In this document: positions 1-13,060 of the stretch, piece by piece | Layout of the letters: each line of letters opens with the position of its first letter | Position numbering within the stretch: position 1 is the stretch's first letter | Assembly (NCBI GenBank): GCA_021613535.1 | Contig: CP075492.1 | Coordinates: 14,880,001-14,944,000, forward strand | Length of the DNA stretch: 64,000 bases | Direction: 5' to 3' | Source of the DNA: Adineta vaga | Taxonomy: Eukaryota > Animalia > Rotifera | Translations under genes and position numbers: made by a program | Notes under the pieces: generated by a model | What the model was told of the DNA's origin: nothing | Databases searched by the model: none | What the model saw: only the letters and a program-made list of their open reading frames with translations

Positions 1-3000
1 TTTCGACCAGATGAAATGGCTCGTTTAGTTCCGTCTCCTTATGATTTTACATGTAAACGAGAGGATGCAAATAATATTCGAGATCAATTAGTATCAGTAA
101 CAACTGATTCGCATAGACATATTTGGTTTTCGATGCAAACCAATCCTTTTCATTATATTTATAAAACACATTCAATGATCAATGAAGATCCAGTGCCACC
201 AACCAAAGAGTATCCAGTTTATTGTTATTTTGGTTCAATGTATTCGTATAGTACTTTTAAAATTCATAGTGAAGAACATCCTGTTCGTCATGATCTTCGA
301 GTATTAAAATGGCATGAAGAACCCGAGGCAATACGAATTACGACGACAGATAAATCAAAAGAAATCTCTATACCAATCAGATGGATTCAAAAACCAATCC
401 TTGTTAATTTAAAAGATCGACCATGTGTAGTTTTAATGTTAAAATATTCGGTTAAAATGAAAAAGAGAATTAAAATGAAAGGTAGAGAGAAGTATGAACG
501 GTAAGATTATTCTGCTGTAAAAATGAGTCGATATCAAAGCATTTTACTTTTATTTAGAGTCTGTAAATCGGATGATAATCGTTTCATGACCGTTGTATCG
601 AAAAGTTCCGATATTCTTCTCTCATTTAGTGAAATCAGTCATACATATGCCTTTATTGAAGAACTAACACGTGAAACAGATGAATATCATGATAAATTTA
701 CAGTAAATTTCGTTACACTTGAACAAAATGTTGTCAAAAAGGAAAATCAATTGTTTTACTTACCGTCATCGGCATCACATAATCAACATTATGCATTAAA
801 CATGCTTTTCTCAATGGGTTATGTTTTTCATGATAAATATTCTCAACAACTTCATGATGAATTTGTGAAATTTGATAAAGATTCATTTAATGATATGTGT
901 TATTATTTGAAGGAAAAACTCGAACTAAATCATTGTTATCGTATCAAAGGAATCTATGCTGAATTTGATGCTTATTTGAAAGAAAAACGTAAAGACGAAA
1001 AGGACTTAGAAGAACCTAAACTACCTTATTGTGTTGGTTGTATTTCCATCACTCCATTACGAATTCTTTATCAAAAAATGCAATCAACAATAGGAAATCG
1101 AGCATTACGATTGAAAACATTTGGTGGTCCAGATATGTTCTTATTGGTACATATTCGTGAAGAAGATAATGGAAAATTAAAAGATTATGATCGAACGATG
1201 AAATTCGATTAAGATCGAAAATGTTCGAAGGAATTCAAGTTGTTGGAAAAATCTATCGTCTATTCGGTACTTCAACGAGTCAATTCAAAGAAATGTCATT
1301 TTGGTTTCTTGCCAATGGAAATAGAAGCATTGAAGATGCATGGAAAGAACTGGGTGATTTTTCAGATATTAAAAATGTCGCCACTTACATCGCTCGTATT
1401 GGCCTTTATTTCTCTACGTCGAAAGACACCAAAGTAAGTTTTGGGAAAACCGACAGAATTGAATATATTCTCAATTGATCCTACTAGATTTCATTTACCT
1501 ATGTGGATGAGAAAAAATTCGCATTGAATGAGAAATTCTCTGCAACAAAAATTCCGGATATAAAAACAGCCGATGATAAATATTGTTTTACTGATGGTAT
1601 TGGAACGATGTCTTTGGGTATTGCTGGGTTAATTGCATTGAATTTAGATATTCCATTATACACAAGAGAAGATATTCCATCAGCATATCAAGTTCGTATC
1701 GCTGGTTGTAAAGGCATGTTAGCAATCCATCCTGACTCAAAACTGGACGAATATTACATAAAAGTTCGTGATTCCATGCAGAAATTTAAATCAAATGATT
1801 GGTCATTAGAAATATGTGAACATAGTAAACCAAGTAAGTTGATTCATTGAGAAATTTTTGATAAGTTTTTTCTTTTCGTTTTTAGTGGAATTAAAATTTA
1901 ATAATCAAGTTATTATGTTATTGTCAGATTTGGGAAATTCATATGATGTTTTCGAATCGTATCAAAATGCCGCAATAACTAATTTACCTCGACAAAGTGA
2001 ACATGAACAATGGAGAAAATTGAAATATTCAAGTGCAAAAGAAGATTTATTAAAAAATAAAATTCCTTTACCACTAAATGAAGGACGAAACATGTTTGGC
2101 GTTGTTGATGAAACTGGTATATTAGAATACGGTCAAGTTTTTATTCAATATAAAGATTTAGATTCAACTAATGAAAATCGATATATTGTCTTAACTGGTA
2201 GATATTTTCTAACTAAAGAACATATTTTCTGTTTGATTATATTGTATAGGTGAAGTTCTGGTAGCTAAAATGCCTTGTTTACATCCAGGTGATTTTCGTC
2301 GTTTAACGGCTGTGAATGTCCCTAAATTACAAACATGTATACGTGATTGTATTGTCTTCCCACAAAAAGGATCTCGACCACATCCAAATGAAATGTCAGG
2401 ATCCGATTTGGATGGTGATCAATATTGGGTAGGAGAATATCGAATGAAAAGAAGTTTTAGGAGAGATTCGTTTCTCTGTATAGGTCTATTGGGGAAGACG
2501 TTTGAAAATTCGACAGATGGACGATCCATTATCTTATGAAGCTGCATCACCGAAAAAAGTACCAACTATAACTCAAGATATTATTGTTGATCATATTATT
2601 GATTCATTGGGTGCTGAAAGTCAAGGTATTATTTGTGATACTCATTTAGCTATCGCCGATTTTCATCGTGAACATACGAGATTCAAAGAATGTATATATT
2701 TAGCTGAATTATTTGCACGCGCTGTCGATGCACCGAAATCAGGTGAAACTATTAATTTAGATCGAGTTTATGAATTACGAGACGAATATTGTGAAAGATA
2801 TCCATTATTTATGAAAAAATATGATCGACCTGTACGAAATTCAGACTCAACTCTCAATAAACTCTTTACGAAAGCTAGAAATAATTTTTTTTCTCAACGT
2901 GATTCCGGAATATCATTACAATCATCATCATCAGTAATGCTAAAACCTTTAAAACAACAACAACAACAACAACATCAATCGAAAGTTGATTCCACAGATA

Positions 3001-4586
3001 GAGAATTTCAACAATGGCTTGTCTCACATAGTACTCGAATATCAGATGATAAGAATAGTAGTACAACACCAAAACCACAAACAACAACCGAACTTACTCA
3101 GAACTCGGAATCAACTAGTGCTGCATCTGGAAAAACAAAGAAAAAAACGGAATTAGTAGAAGTATCTTCAAGCAAAGGACCAAGCGTATCTGTCGATTTT
3201 CAATCTGCAGAATTATTACCTACTGCATCTGATAAACCAATTAAAAAACCAAGAGTAAAAAAAGAACCAGAAGAAGGAAGGCGAAATTCAATTGATTCAC
3301 AAACATCAGAAATATGTTTAGATCAAGCAGCAGGAAGTGCACCAGCTCAAAAAACAAAACTAGCATCTTCAACTAAAACAAACCAAGCAAGTAAAGTTGA
3401 TCCTTCTACTTTGGGAGGTGTTTCTCTTAACTTCCAATCAACAGAAGATAAAACAGCGACTACGAAAACCAAAAAACCGAAAGAAACATCAGACGCATTT
3501 GGTACTCCAATAAAACTCATAAATTCTGCTGCATCATCTACCAATTCAGAAGTTTCATCAAATCTCTCCTCTCTATCCGACAAGCCGACGAATCGAAATC
3601 TGATTTTCAATGGTATGAAAACAACAACCAATCGATTAAAATGGAATTCGTCAAAAAACGATTATTTCATTGTTGATCTAGATAATAAAGATTCTCATGA
3701 AAATAATTCGACTGAGAAGGTTGTTTCATCGATACTAGGTTTTGGCAAAACATCTTCATTTCCTCCGGATTCTCAACTCACATTGGTTATCTCATGGGGT
3801 CAACTTTTTCTCAAAATCTCTCCAGCTGTTGGGGATACAAAACCAAAGAATATCAAAGAACTTAATGTACTTATTAATGAAATGGATCGTGTTGAATACA
3901 TCTTCGAAGAATGTGACGTTAAAGAGATTACAAAAGAACGTGTAAGTAACTAACATGAATAGCTCAGTCATATGAAACACAAAATTCTTTCGCAGGATCC
4001 ATCGGAAAAATCAAGAACAGAATATGTTCTTGTTTGTAATTGTCGAGACATTTCATCGAACGATATTTCATTAATATTTGATGAGAAGAAGAAATTGAAA
4101 AGATTTGTCTACGATTCAACGTCATGGATTTGTGCTGTGAGACGTGGTGAACCATATCAAGATAGTTTTTATAAGATTAATCATACAACAATGGAAATCG
4201 ATTCTAAAAATGAATTATTTTCTTCATATATAAATTCAATATTTAAAAATTCAAATGAAATCGAACTTCTTACTGGAATTAGTCCAAAATTGACGATTGT
4301 ATATAAACTATTGAAACCGACTGTACAGATAATTTCATTGAAACGAATGGTTCGTTTTGCATTTGAGCAATTAGAACAACGAAAATTGTTGTCTCATCAA
4401 TTTAATACGTTAAAGAATCTTGAATATTCTTTCTATCAAGTAACAGATATTCCTACGGAGAAAGTCGATGGAAAAATTCAAGAACGTAAAACTCTTGAAT
4501 TTCATGCAACACAATTTCAAATTGCGAAAAAACACGAACAAGATTTAGAACAATTGGTGAAACTAGCAGAAACATTTTTTGACTGA
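1..4586 (+). CDS. Cellular (RNAi-type) RNA-dependent RNA polymerase, 5'-partial, multi-exon, one apparent 1-bp frameshift near 1203
   Basis: Motifs ITPLR, FGTSTSQFK, ARIGLYFS, YCFTDGIG, PSAYQVRIAGCKGML, GVVDETGILEYGQVFIQ, PCLHPGD and catalytic SGSDLDGD. Predicted introns ~501-558, 1434-1487, 1834-1885, 2198-2249, 2429-2483, 3942-3995. Frame is open from base 1. Confidence 0.93.
2953..2976 (+). repeat. (CAA)n poly-Gln tract in the RdRP C-terminal linker
   Basis: caacaacaacaacaacaacatcaa encodes QQQQQQHQ. Confidence 0.8.
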
Positions 4587-4912
4587 TATACTACCGAAGT
4601 TATAACTAGTTGTGTTTATGTTTTTACTATATGAAAATAAATTTGAATGATTCGAGATTGTTTCTATAATTACATTAGAATTAATGAGGTATGAACAAAA
4701 TGAAATCCTTTCTTCGTTGCATGTTAAATAAAACAGTGTGAAAAGAACATTATATTAACTTCTCCGTTGCGTGTTATATTGATTAGTTATTTTAAAAAAA
4801 TGATCGAGTTTCTATATTCCAAACGATCTTGAGAGAAGAAAAGAATTGTGATAATCATATTCAGATTCTTAAAGAGAAAAATCGTTTTTTTTTGTCGAAG
4901 CTGTTAGGATAA

Positions 4913-6447
4913 ATGACAGCAACTGATTTTGTTGGATCGCTTCCGATGTTTCAGAAGAATAACAAGATGAATTGTGATGAAGAAAAAGGATTAACATCAG
5001 AAACAAGAATGATTAAACACCATTTGATTCAACGTAAAGAACTTCATTTTCGATGTCGTCAAGTGAACGATTTTATGTGTATTATTGCTTTAGCTGGTCT
5101 TTTATTAATGATTATTGATACAGAATTACGATTAAATGAAACTAATTCAAAGATTTTAATCTTTATTCGTCCATCTATTAGTATCCTAACTATTTTATTG
5201 GTTGGTTTAATTTTCTACTATCATGCATTGGACATTCGTCTCTATACGATCAATAATCATATTGCAGATTGGCGGGTGACAATTGATTTTCGTGCTATTC
5301 TCCTGATTATATGTGAAATTCTTGTTTGTTCTATTCATCCACTTCCTTTCTATGACAAACCATTATCGAAAGATTCAGCTTGGCTTAAGATATTTCTTAC
5401 ATTTCCTAGTAAGTGTTCAAACTATAACTTAATTTCTTTATTTAATCAGACATTCCCTTTTCTGATCAATAGTGTTTGGACGTCTGTATTTAATCGCTCG
5501 TGGTGTAACATTACACTCACAATTAGTTAATACTGCTTCATCTAGAACAATCGGTTATCTCAATCGAGTACCAGTTACCATCTCATTTATTCTTCGAGCA
5601 TTTCTACAAATATATCCTGGTAGTTTTTGGACTAGTGTATTGATATTGTTACTATTTATTTCTACTTGGTTAATACGTACTTGTGAAAAAGGAATGTGGT
5701 TACCAATACAATCATCATCAACGGAAATAAATTCATCTTTAGGAATATTCAGTAATGCCATGTGGTTTACAATTGTTACATTTACGACCGTTGGTTAGTT
5801 TTCTCTTCTTTGAATTAATGATGAAACTTCTTTCTACATACTGAGAAATTGTTTATTTAGGATATGGTGATCTAGTTCCTCAAACCTACTGTGGTCAAGG
5901 TACACTTAGAAAAATGATTCTCTATGGAATATTTGAAATATTTCTTTGTTTAGGTGTTTCTATTATGATTGCTTTTGTTGGTGTGTTTGCATCGGCTGTT
6001 CTTATTGCTGTGTTTACAAACAAGATATCTTTGAATCGATCAGAACAAGTTGTACTTGATTTTGTTGCTCGTATTAATCGAGCTCGAGCTTATCGAAAGA
6101 AAACAATGGAAATCATTCAATATTCTGTTCGAGCTTGGTTTCTCAAACGACATGGTCATCATTATCGAGCATTATTTAATTCTCTCTATCGATTACATAC
6201 AGCTATGCGTCAGGCACGTCGTATCAAACAAGAACAAAGAAATGCAACTAATAGTACAGAATCAGTAATGACAACACTTTCTGATATACGTGATGAACAA
6301 CAAACAAGTGAAAAATCTTTGAACAAAATTAAACAACAAATTACTCAAGTAGAAGAAAAATTACTTGGATTAGAAAATAAATTAAATACTGTAGTGAACA
6401 TTTTAACACATACTGTTTCTGAAAGACAACAACATAGTTGGTTGTAA
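4913..6447 (+). CDS. Small-conductance Ca2+-activated K+ channel (SK/KCNN family), 4 exons
   Basis: SK motifs ADWRV, CSIHPLP, RLYLIAR, ASSRTIGYLNRV; pore TFTTVGYGD split by an intron (~5795-5860); CaM-binding-like region and C-terminal coiled coil. Confidence 0.9.
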
Positions 6448-6885
6448 TTTTGCAAACATTCTTCTTCCTCCATACTTTTACTATTTCCATTAACGTTAAT
6501 ATTACGATTCTGTTGTAGTATAATATAGCTTGTCCTCTTCTTTTCTTAAGTGTTCCTCTTCTCCTGTCCAAACACATTATCCATTCAATAATGTATGTAT
6601 ATATAGCAGAGAATTTTTCTTATGTTTCTATCTTGATATGCTCGTCTAGTTCTTCTAACTTTCTACATGAAGTATTTTGTTATTCTAGTAGTATTACGCC
6701 ACGGATTAATCTTTCTCGTGTATACGCATTTTTTTTTCTTCCTTTGTCCTGTTATTGTATCTATTTGTTTCTCTATCTTTCGACATATTTCTTTTTCTCG
6801 TATATTAACAAGACATAGAATATTGACCATTTATTGTAAAATTTCAAACAATTTCCTCTAAATGTTGCAAAATTAGACGACTATA

Positions 6886-8130
6886 ATGAATTGGTTTACA
6901 TATCTCATTGGTCTCTGTTTCTTCCTATTAACTCTGTTTACTATCGCTGGTAATATACTTATTATTTTTGTTATTATTCGTGAATCTTCATTACATACAT
7001 CGAAATATTATTATATTGCATCATTGGCATTTGCTGATCTTCTCGTTGGTTTGATCGTTATGCCTTTTTCTTCTATATTCATCTTGATTGATGACGAATT
7101 TTGGTTGTTTTCATCGTATCTAAGAATTCTCTGTGATTTCTGGCATGCGATCGATATTTTTGCATCAACAGCGTCTATTCTTGGACTATGTACAGTTGGA
7201 ATCGATCGATATGTGGTAATTAAAAAGCCTATTCAATATCCAAATTCATTCATATCAAAACGATGGCATCATATGTTATCATTCATTTGGATATGTTCAG
7301 CATTGATCGCATTTCCAGCGATCCTCTATTGGGGAACAAAGCAGCCTGTTTCACGTATGTTTAACGAAATCCGAAATTTTGAAAAGACAAAACAACTTTT
7401 AAAATGTAATTTAGATAATTCAATAATATCAAATGATACATTAATAGTGTCATCATCACTACTTGAACAATGTGACATACCAAACAATGCATACTACGTC
7501 TTATTTTCATCTATGGCTTCATTTTATTTACCATTAGTATTAATGATCTATGTTTATATTCAAATATATTTAGCAGCGAAAGATCAAACGTTTGCACTCC
7601 ATTTTGGTTACAAACAGCATCATCATCATCATCATCATCATCGAATCGAAAATACTAAAATGAAGCAAACTATGATAATAGATAAAAAGTCTTCGATTAG
7701 AAGATCAGATCTCTCGTTATCAGAGAATCAATTATCAAATGATTCAATTATGCTTCGTATTCATCATGGTACTTATCGAAAACCGATACTCGAACTTGAT
7801 ATGCAAAATACTATTCATAAGACTAATTCACAGAACTTTTGGCGAACTTTATCAAATACTCAAAAAGCAACAAGATTCGTCGGTATAGTCATGGGTACAT
7901 TTCTTCTTTGTTGGTTACCCTACTTCGTCTATCTAGTACTGAGTGGTGTTTTTGGTATACGTTTGAAAGATGATCACCATCATGAAGTGTTATACACTAT
8001 TCTATCATGGTTGGGCTATTCAAATTCTGCTTTAGATATTATAGTTTATGTTTCAACGTCGACAGAATTACGAACGATCATTATGCAATTATTTCATGAT
8101 TCCAATCGTAACAATCAAATGACGTCGTAA
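6886..8130 (+). CDS. Class A biogenic-amine GPCR (dopamine/octopamine-like), single exon
   Basis: GN in TM1, SLAFADLLVG, TM3 Asp (AIDIFASTASI), DRY, TM5 SSMASFYLP, CWLPYF. Confidence 0.9.
   Translation: MNWFTYLIGLCFFLLTLFTIAGNILIIFVIIRESSLHTSKYYYIASLAFADLLVGLIVMPFSSIFILIDDEFWLFSSYLRILCDFWHAIDIFASTASILGLCTVGIDRYVVIKKPIQYPNSFISKRWHHMLSFIWICSALIAFPAILYWGTKQPVSRMFNEIRNFEKTKQLLKCNLDNSIISNDTLIVSSSLLEQCDIPNNAYYVLFSSMASFYLPLVLMIYVYIQIYLAAKDQTFALHFGYKQHHHHHHHHRIENTKMKQTMIIDKKSSIRRSDLSLSENQLSNDSIMLRIHHGTYRKPILELDMQNTIHKTNSQNFWRTLSNTQKATRFVGIVMGTFLLCWLPYFVYLVLSGVFGIRLKDDHHHEVLYTILSWLGYSNSALDIIVYVSTSTELRTIIMQLFHDSNRNNQMTS
7618..7641 (+). repeat. (CAT)8 poly-His tract in GPCR intracellular loop 3
   Basis: catcatcatcatcatcatcatcat, in frame. 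Confidence 0.85.
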
Positions 8131-8215
8131 GAAATATGTTCATCTTGTTTTCTGTAAATTTTATTTGAATATAAATTAAACTTAGAACGAGAAAAAGAAA
8201 AGTTTGTTGAGCGCT

Positions 8216-10860
8216 TTATTTGAAAAGTGTTTTAATAATTAGTGTTGTTAAATCATTTAGACCATTTAATTCTTTGGCTATTTTTTCAATTTCTTCTGCA
8301 AGTGATGACTGTCCTTGTTTTTGATTATGCGCTATATTTGATGCGACTATTGGTGCAATATAAATTAATTCTTTGATCGCATCATGTTTAACAGGTAAAT
8401 CTAAATGTGAATAGCGAAGTGTTGCCATTATAATTGGACGAGCAACACGAAGAATTAATGCATGAGTTTCATTTAAACATTTTTCTAAGGTTAATTTTGG
8501 TCGATAAAGATCTTTCAAATGTGGACAAACTGCATTGAGAATATCTTCGAATCCACAAACATAATGATGATATAAATATTCAGCAAGAACATTCGACGTT
8601 TCATCAATAACTTTTTCTAATTCAAAACTTAATCTTTCTCGTTCTTGATTATCAGTTGGATGAACATTTAATTGTAGTTTTGAATATCCATATGTTTCTA
8701 ACATAATTTGTTCAATAGGATGAGTTGATTTAAGAAAATCATGTGTACGATCAAGAAAGGAATTATGAAAATGTTCTTTGACTTTTTCGGCAAATAATGC
8801 ACGTTCTTTCGTAATAATCTTTCCATGCCATGAATTTGCTTGAGCAAAAGCAGGTTTGAAGATTTTTTCATCATAAACACGATCCCAACTTTCAATTTTT
8901 TGTTGTTTGATATAATCATCAATTGACATATCAGCAAGATTTGCTGGTAAAAGTTGTTTTTCATGTATTTGATCAATACGTTCACTAACTGGTCGAACTA
9001 ATCGCATTCTTCCGATGTCAATTAATTGTTTCAAATGTGTCTTAGGTAATTCAAATTCAATAAAACGATTTAAAGCTTCTTTACTTCTTTCAAATCCATC
9101 ATTTAAACCGTCGCCAAAGTTTCTTATTTTCGAATCAATAATACGATATTCTTCACAATTTCGATCTAACAATTGTAAACGTGAACAAGTAACAAAGATA
9201 TGTTCAGGTTGAAAGCCTTTATCAATTAATTCATTATAAGAATTTCGATAATGTTCTTTAAAATTATCTGAAGTTTGACAAAGATCTAATTTCGTAATAA
9301 TACCAAAAGCACGTTGCATTGCTTCGAAATGATTTTGACGAATTTCATTTAAAAGTTGAATTTGTGGTTGAGTGAGACTTGGATTTTGACCACTGGTAAG
9401 AAAAAGAAATGCATCTGCATTTTTAACTGCTTCTAAACCTGCATCACGATGTTCTTTAATTGGAGAATCAAAACCAGGTACATCAAGAAGTTCATAGTTT
9501 CTTCCTAGAAAGAGAATAAAACTTTAGAATTTCTATCAATTCATGATCTATGCATTACCTGGAAGTCGATCGGTATAAATGGCAATTTCTTTGATAATAT
9601 TAACATATAATTCTCCGGTGATATATTCATGTAATTTTTGATGAATAGTTGTTCGTTCTCGGGTAATATCATTCAAATTATTAATACGAAATTGTTCTTC
9701 AGGAAATTTCGTTCGTAATCTGTCATGTAATTCAGATACTTGAGTTTTACGAGCTTGTAATTGGTCTTCAGTTTCATCGGTTTTTTTCGGCATTTTATCA
9801 TGAAATACACGAAATTCTTGATCATCATAGAATTTCACTGTTGCATATAATTGTTGATCACCATCTTGAATTGGTGGTTTAAGTACGGTTCGTACTTGTG
9901 TACATCGTTCACTTGCAGCAGGTAAAAGTTCATAGCCAAGAAGTGCATTGATAAATGTTGATTTACCCGCTTTTTCTAAGCCGAGAATACAAATTGTATG
10001 CGATGGTTTGTTATTCAATTGTTTTAATTTCGAAAGATTGTTTTCAATTTCATTGATATAATTATCACTTCGAATAACACCACTTTTGATTTTTCGATCA
10101 ACATATTCTAAACAACGTAAGATTTTCGAATATTCCGAAGCAATTGAATTGAATTTTTCTTTCATTTCATCTGTTGTGATTTGATCAACATTTCGTAAGA
10201 AATTATTTAAGTCTTCAAATGCTTCGCGTGATAATGTTGTATCAAGTGCTGTCTGTAATTGTTTATACGCAGCATAAATGTCTCGTACATGATTATTATT
10301 ATCGTATTGAATATTAGATAATTCTTCTTTTTGCCATTTATCACTTAAACGATGTTTAAAGGAATCACGTTGTTGATAAAATTCACCGAGAAGTTGTTGA
10401 ATCCAACGATCAACTATAATTTTAAGGAAAGGAACAGGTAATGAATAGAGAAAATCGTTCATTACGTACCAAGATGTAACATCTCTAAAGGTTCGATGGC
10501 GTAATTTGCAATTATGTGAACAACTTCTGCTTTATCATCAACAATTTGCTTTGTTGCTGTGTCGGCTGACTCGGCTCCTCGTTCATAGGGTGCTTGCAAT
10601 GCTGGTGATGGTAGTATAGAATCAGAATTAGCTGTTTTTGGATAAGATTTTGTTGTCGTTGGAAATGTGTGTGTATTGGACGGACGCCAGAAATTCGATG
10701 AGTTGTTTGTGCCATTTGGTTCTGTTACTCCAACACCAGTTGATGATACAGGTGAAGATATGTTTTCCTTACTGTTCGATAACGAAGGAGAAGCTCCATT
10801 TTGATTTGAAGATGAACCATTTTCTACTCGAAATTTATTTGGTTTAAATAAATTACTCAT
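8216..10860 (-). CDS. Bacterial-type dynamin-like GTPase (Dynamin_N domain), 3 exons
   Basis: G1 GLEKAGKST, G2 ERCT, G3 DVPGFDS (between the listed ORFs), G4 TKLD. Introns ~10469-10414 and ~9558-9507 join the three ORFs. Low-complexity N-terminus and helical C-terminus. Confidence 0.85.
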
Positions 10861-10995
10861 ATTTAGTCTGAAAAATAATGTACGTCTGGTGATATTGCTC
10901 TTTTCTTTCTAGTGGCGTAAAATTGTGGTTGTTATTGTCGTATGTTTTGTTCGTTCTTTTATAGATTTATTGGCAACAAGAGTTGCTTTTTTTCT

Positions 10996-11006
10996 GGAAA
11001 AAACCC
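10996..11006 (-). promoter_or_regulatory. Rel/NF-kB-like site GGGTTTTTTCC upstream of the dynamin-like gene
   Basis: GGAAAAAACCC on + strand, ~35 bp upstream of a TATAAAA (minus strand, ~10957-10963); identical 11-mer at 16390-16400. Confidence 0.3.
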
Positions 11007-11492
11007 ACAGAACAGATGAATTTATCGGTGTTTTTTGTCAAGCTTATGCGTCACCAAATTCAGATTGAAAGTTTTCTTTTCTCTTTAAAATTCATGATTT
11101 ACTTTAATCCGTATATTTGAGTCACAAACGAATGAAGGTGATTCAATAAATTACAGATTACTCATATTTCTCCTCCGAACCGCATTCTTCAATGAGATAA
11201 CTTTATTTTGAAAAGTTTTTACCATTTTATTCGCTTCATTCAGTACGATGATGAAGAGTAAAGTTTTGTTGACGTTTGTATAGGATATGAATCAAACATA
11301 GAGGTAAGAGTGTATACTCGAACAAATACTAACTGTCTCAAATCTCAATTATGGTGCACACAGGAAAGATAATATATACGATTTTCTATAATTATTCCAA
11401 TTATAAACATATAACTAGATATTTCGATTAGAACAAATGAAAAACTATATTAGTTCGTTTATTATTTTTTAATGTTAAACATAATACTATAT

Positions 11493-11927
11493 TCATGAGC
11501 TTTTTTGTTTTGTATTACCAGTTGCAATAACAACTGGATCTTGCTGGTCATTTAATACATTTTCTCGTCCACGAAACATCGCCGATATATCATTTAGACC
11601 TTCTTCCGCTGGATCAACCAATATTACGCCTGGAAAAGAATTTACAGAAACATACGAACTTCTACGATTTTCATAATCATATTTGTAGACAGTTGCATCA
11701 CCATATGATGATCCAGGAATGATAGTAACGTCTTCCAAACTTTCTTTAGCTCTATCGATTAATTTATCTACTGGCGTTTCTTCATTATTTTCCATTGTCT
11801 GAACAAACAGTGAACCACGACGAAATAAAACCCATTCTGCATGACGACCATCATGTTCATGTATTAAATGTTCGGCAGCTTTAGTAAAAAACGTACTAGA
11901 TTGGTCTTCTTCTGCTTCAGTATTCAT
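11493..11927 (-). CDS. Hypothetical protein (~144 aa) resembling an uncharacterised bacterial family
   Basis: Intronless ORF from ATG 11927; WVLFxxG...PGSSYGD...GR...D pattern recalled from bacterial hypothetical proteins (not searched). Confidence 0.6.
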   Translation of the reverse strand: MNTEAEEDQSSTFFTKAAEHLIHEHDGRHAEWVLFRRGSLFVQTMENNEETPVDKLIDRAKESLEDVTIIPGSSYGDATVYKYDYENRRSSYVSVNSFPGVILVDPAEEGLNDISAMFRGRENVLNDQQDPVVIATGNTKQKSS

Positions 11928-12299
11928 TGTGTTGAAATTTGCCAAATTATTTTGAAAAGAAAATATAACAAAAATTATATGAGATAAGAGGTTTTTTTTA
12001 TTAATACAATCTATGTGATCAAGTGTTTAATAAGATAAAATAAATGACAAAAACAATCTTTCGAAACGTTTGAGTAATATATAGTGAGTCAATGCGCACG
12101 TGAGAAATGAGGCCTATCATTGAGTAATTAGATAAAATTCAACAAATGGAAAGATAAACCATTTTTACATCAATAGGTATTAATTGAATTTTTTGTAATT
12201 AAAGCCAAATTCAATGACAAAAACCAGTTATCAGAAGATGTATATAAAACTAGCGCCCTCTATAATATTCTTCTGTCTAGACCTCAGAAGTCATGTGAT

Positions 12300-13060
12300 T
12301 TATGAAGTTCGTATATAGTGAAAAAAAGTGAGATACACAAAAATCAAAATGTCTTTCATTAGTTCAATGACAATGAAAATGGAATAGAAAGGAAACTCAT
12401 TGTGCAATAGAATCATAACTTTTGGTGGAAGATTCTGGTCAGTATCGATTTCTGGATAATAAGAAAGTGAATTTTGTGGAAAATGCATGGCTTGATCTAG
12501 TTCATATTGATTCCAATTGACGCTCGATTCATTGCCTATTGTAATCGGTATAGAAGCATTAAAATCAGTGAACGCATTCCTTTGAGAACTACATCCTTTC
12601 GATTCTGATTACCAAATACAGTTGATATTAATAATTGCGGATTTTGCATTAAATTAACATATTGGAACACTGTGAAATAGAGAGTTTCATCAATATTTCG
12701 CTTGTACCAAGGTTTATCCATGACTATTTTCAAATAATAACGAACATGAGGATAATGTCGAGGTTGATTCAGCGACGGTATGGAATATGTTCAAAAGTTA
12801 ATTGAATATCGAAACGCCATGAATAATCTCCCGGATGATAGATCAATTCTTTTTGATCAGATTGCGGAATTTCAAGGATTTGTTTAATTTAAAAAAATAG
12901 TATTGTATGGTAATCAGTCTGTTTCCGTATGTGGAACCGTTTGAATCGGAAACAGTACGAATCGCTGTATAACCACTTTCGCCTACCAACAGAAGAATAA
13001 TTTCGTCAAGTTTTATTTTTCTTGAATTAATATGAACATCGACCGTTCCAGAAATCGATT
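12300..13060 (-). pseudogene. Degraded alpha-arrestin paralogue
   Basis: Fragments VGESGY, PGDYSW, YPHVRYYLKIVMDKPWYK, VNLMQNPQ..FGNQNRKD match the intact gene at 29478-30512 but are split by frameshifts, stops and deletions. Confidence 0.8.

Noticed and set aside
2875-3631. Minus-strand ORFs of 70 and 94 aa
   Set aside because: Antisense shadows of the low-complexity RdRP linker
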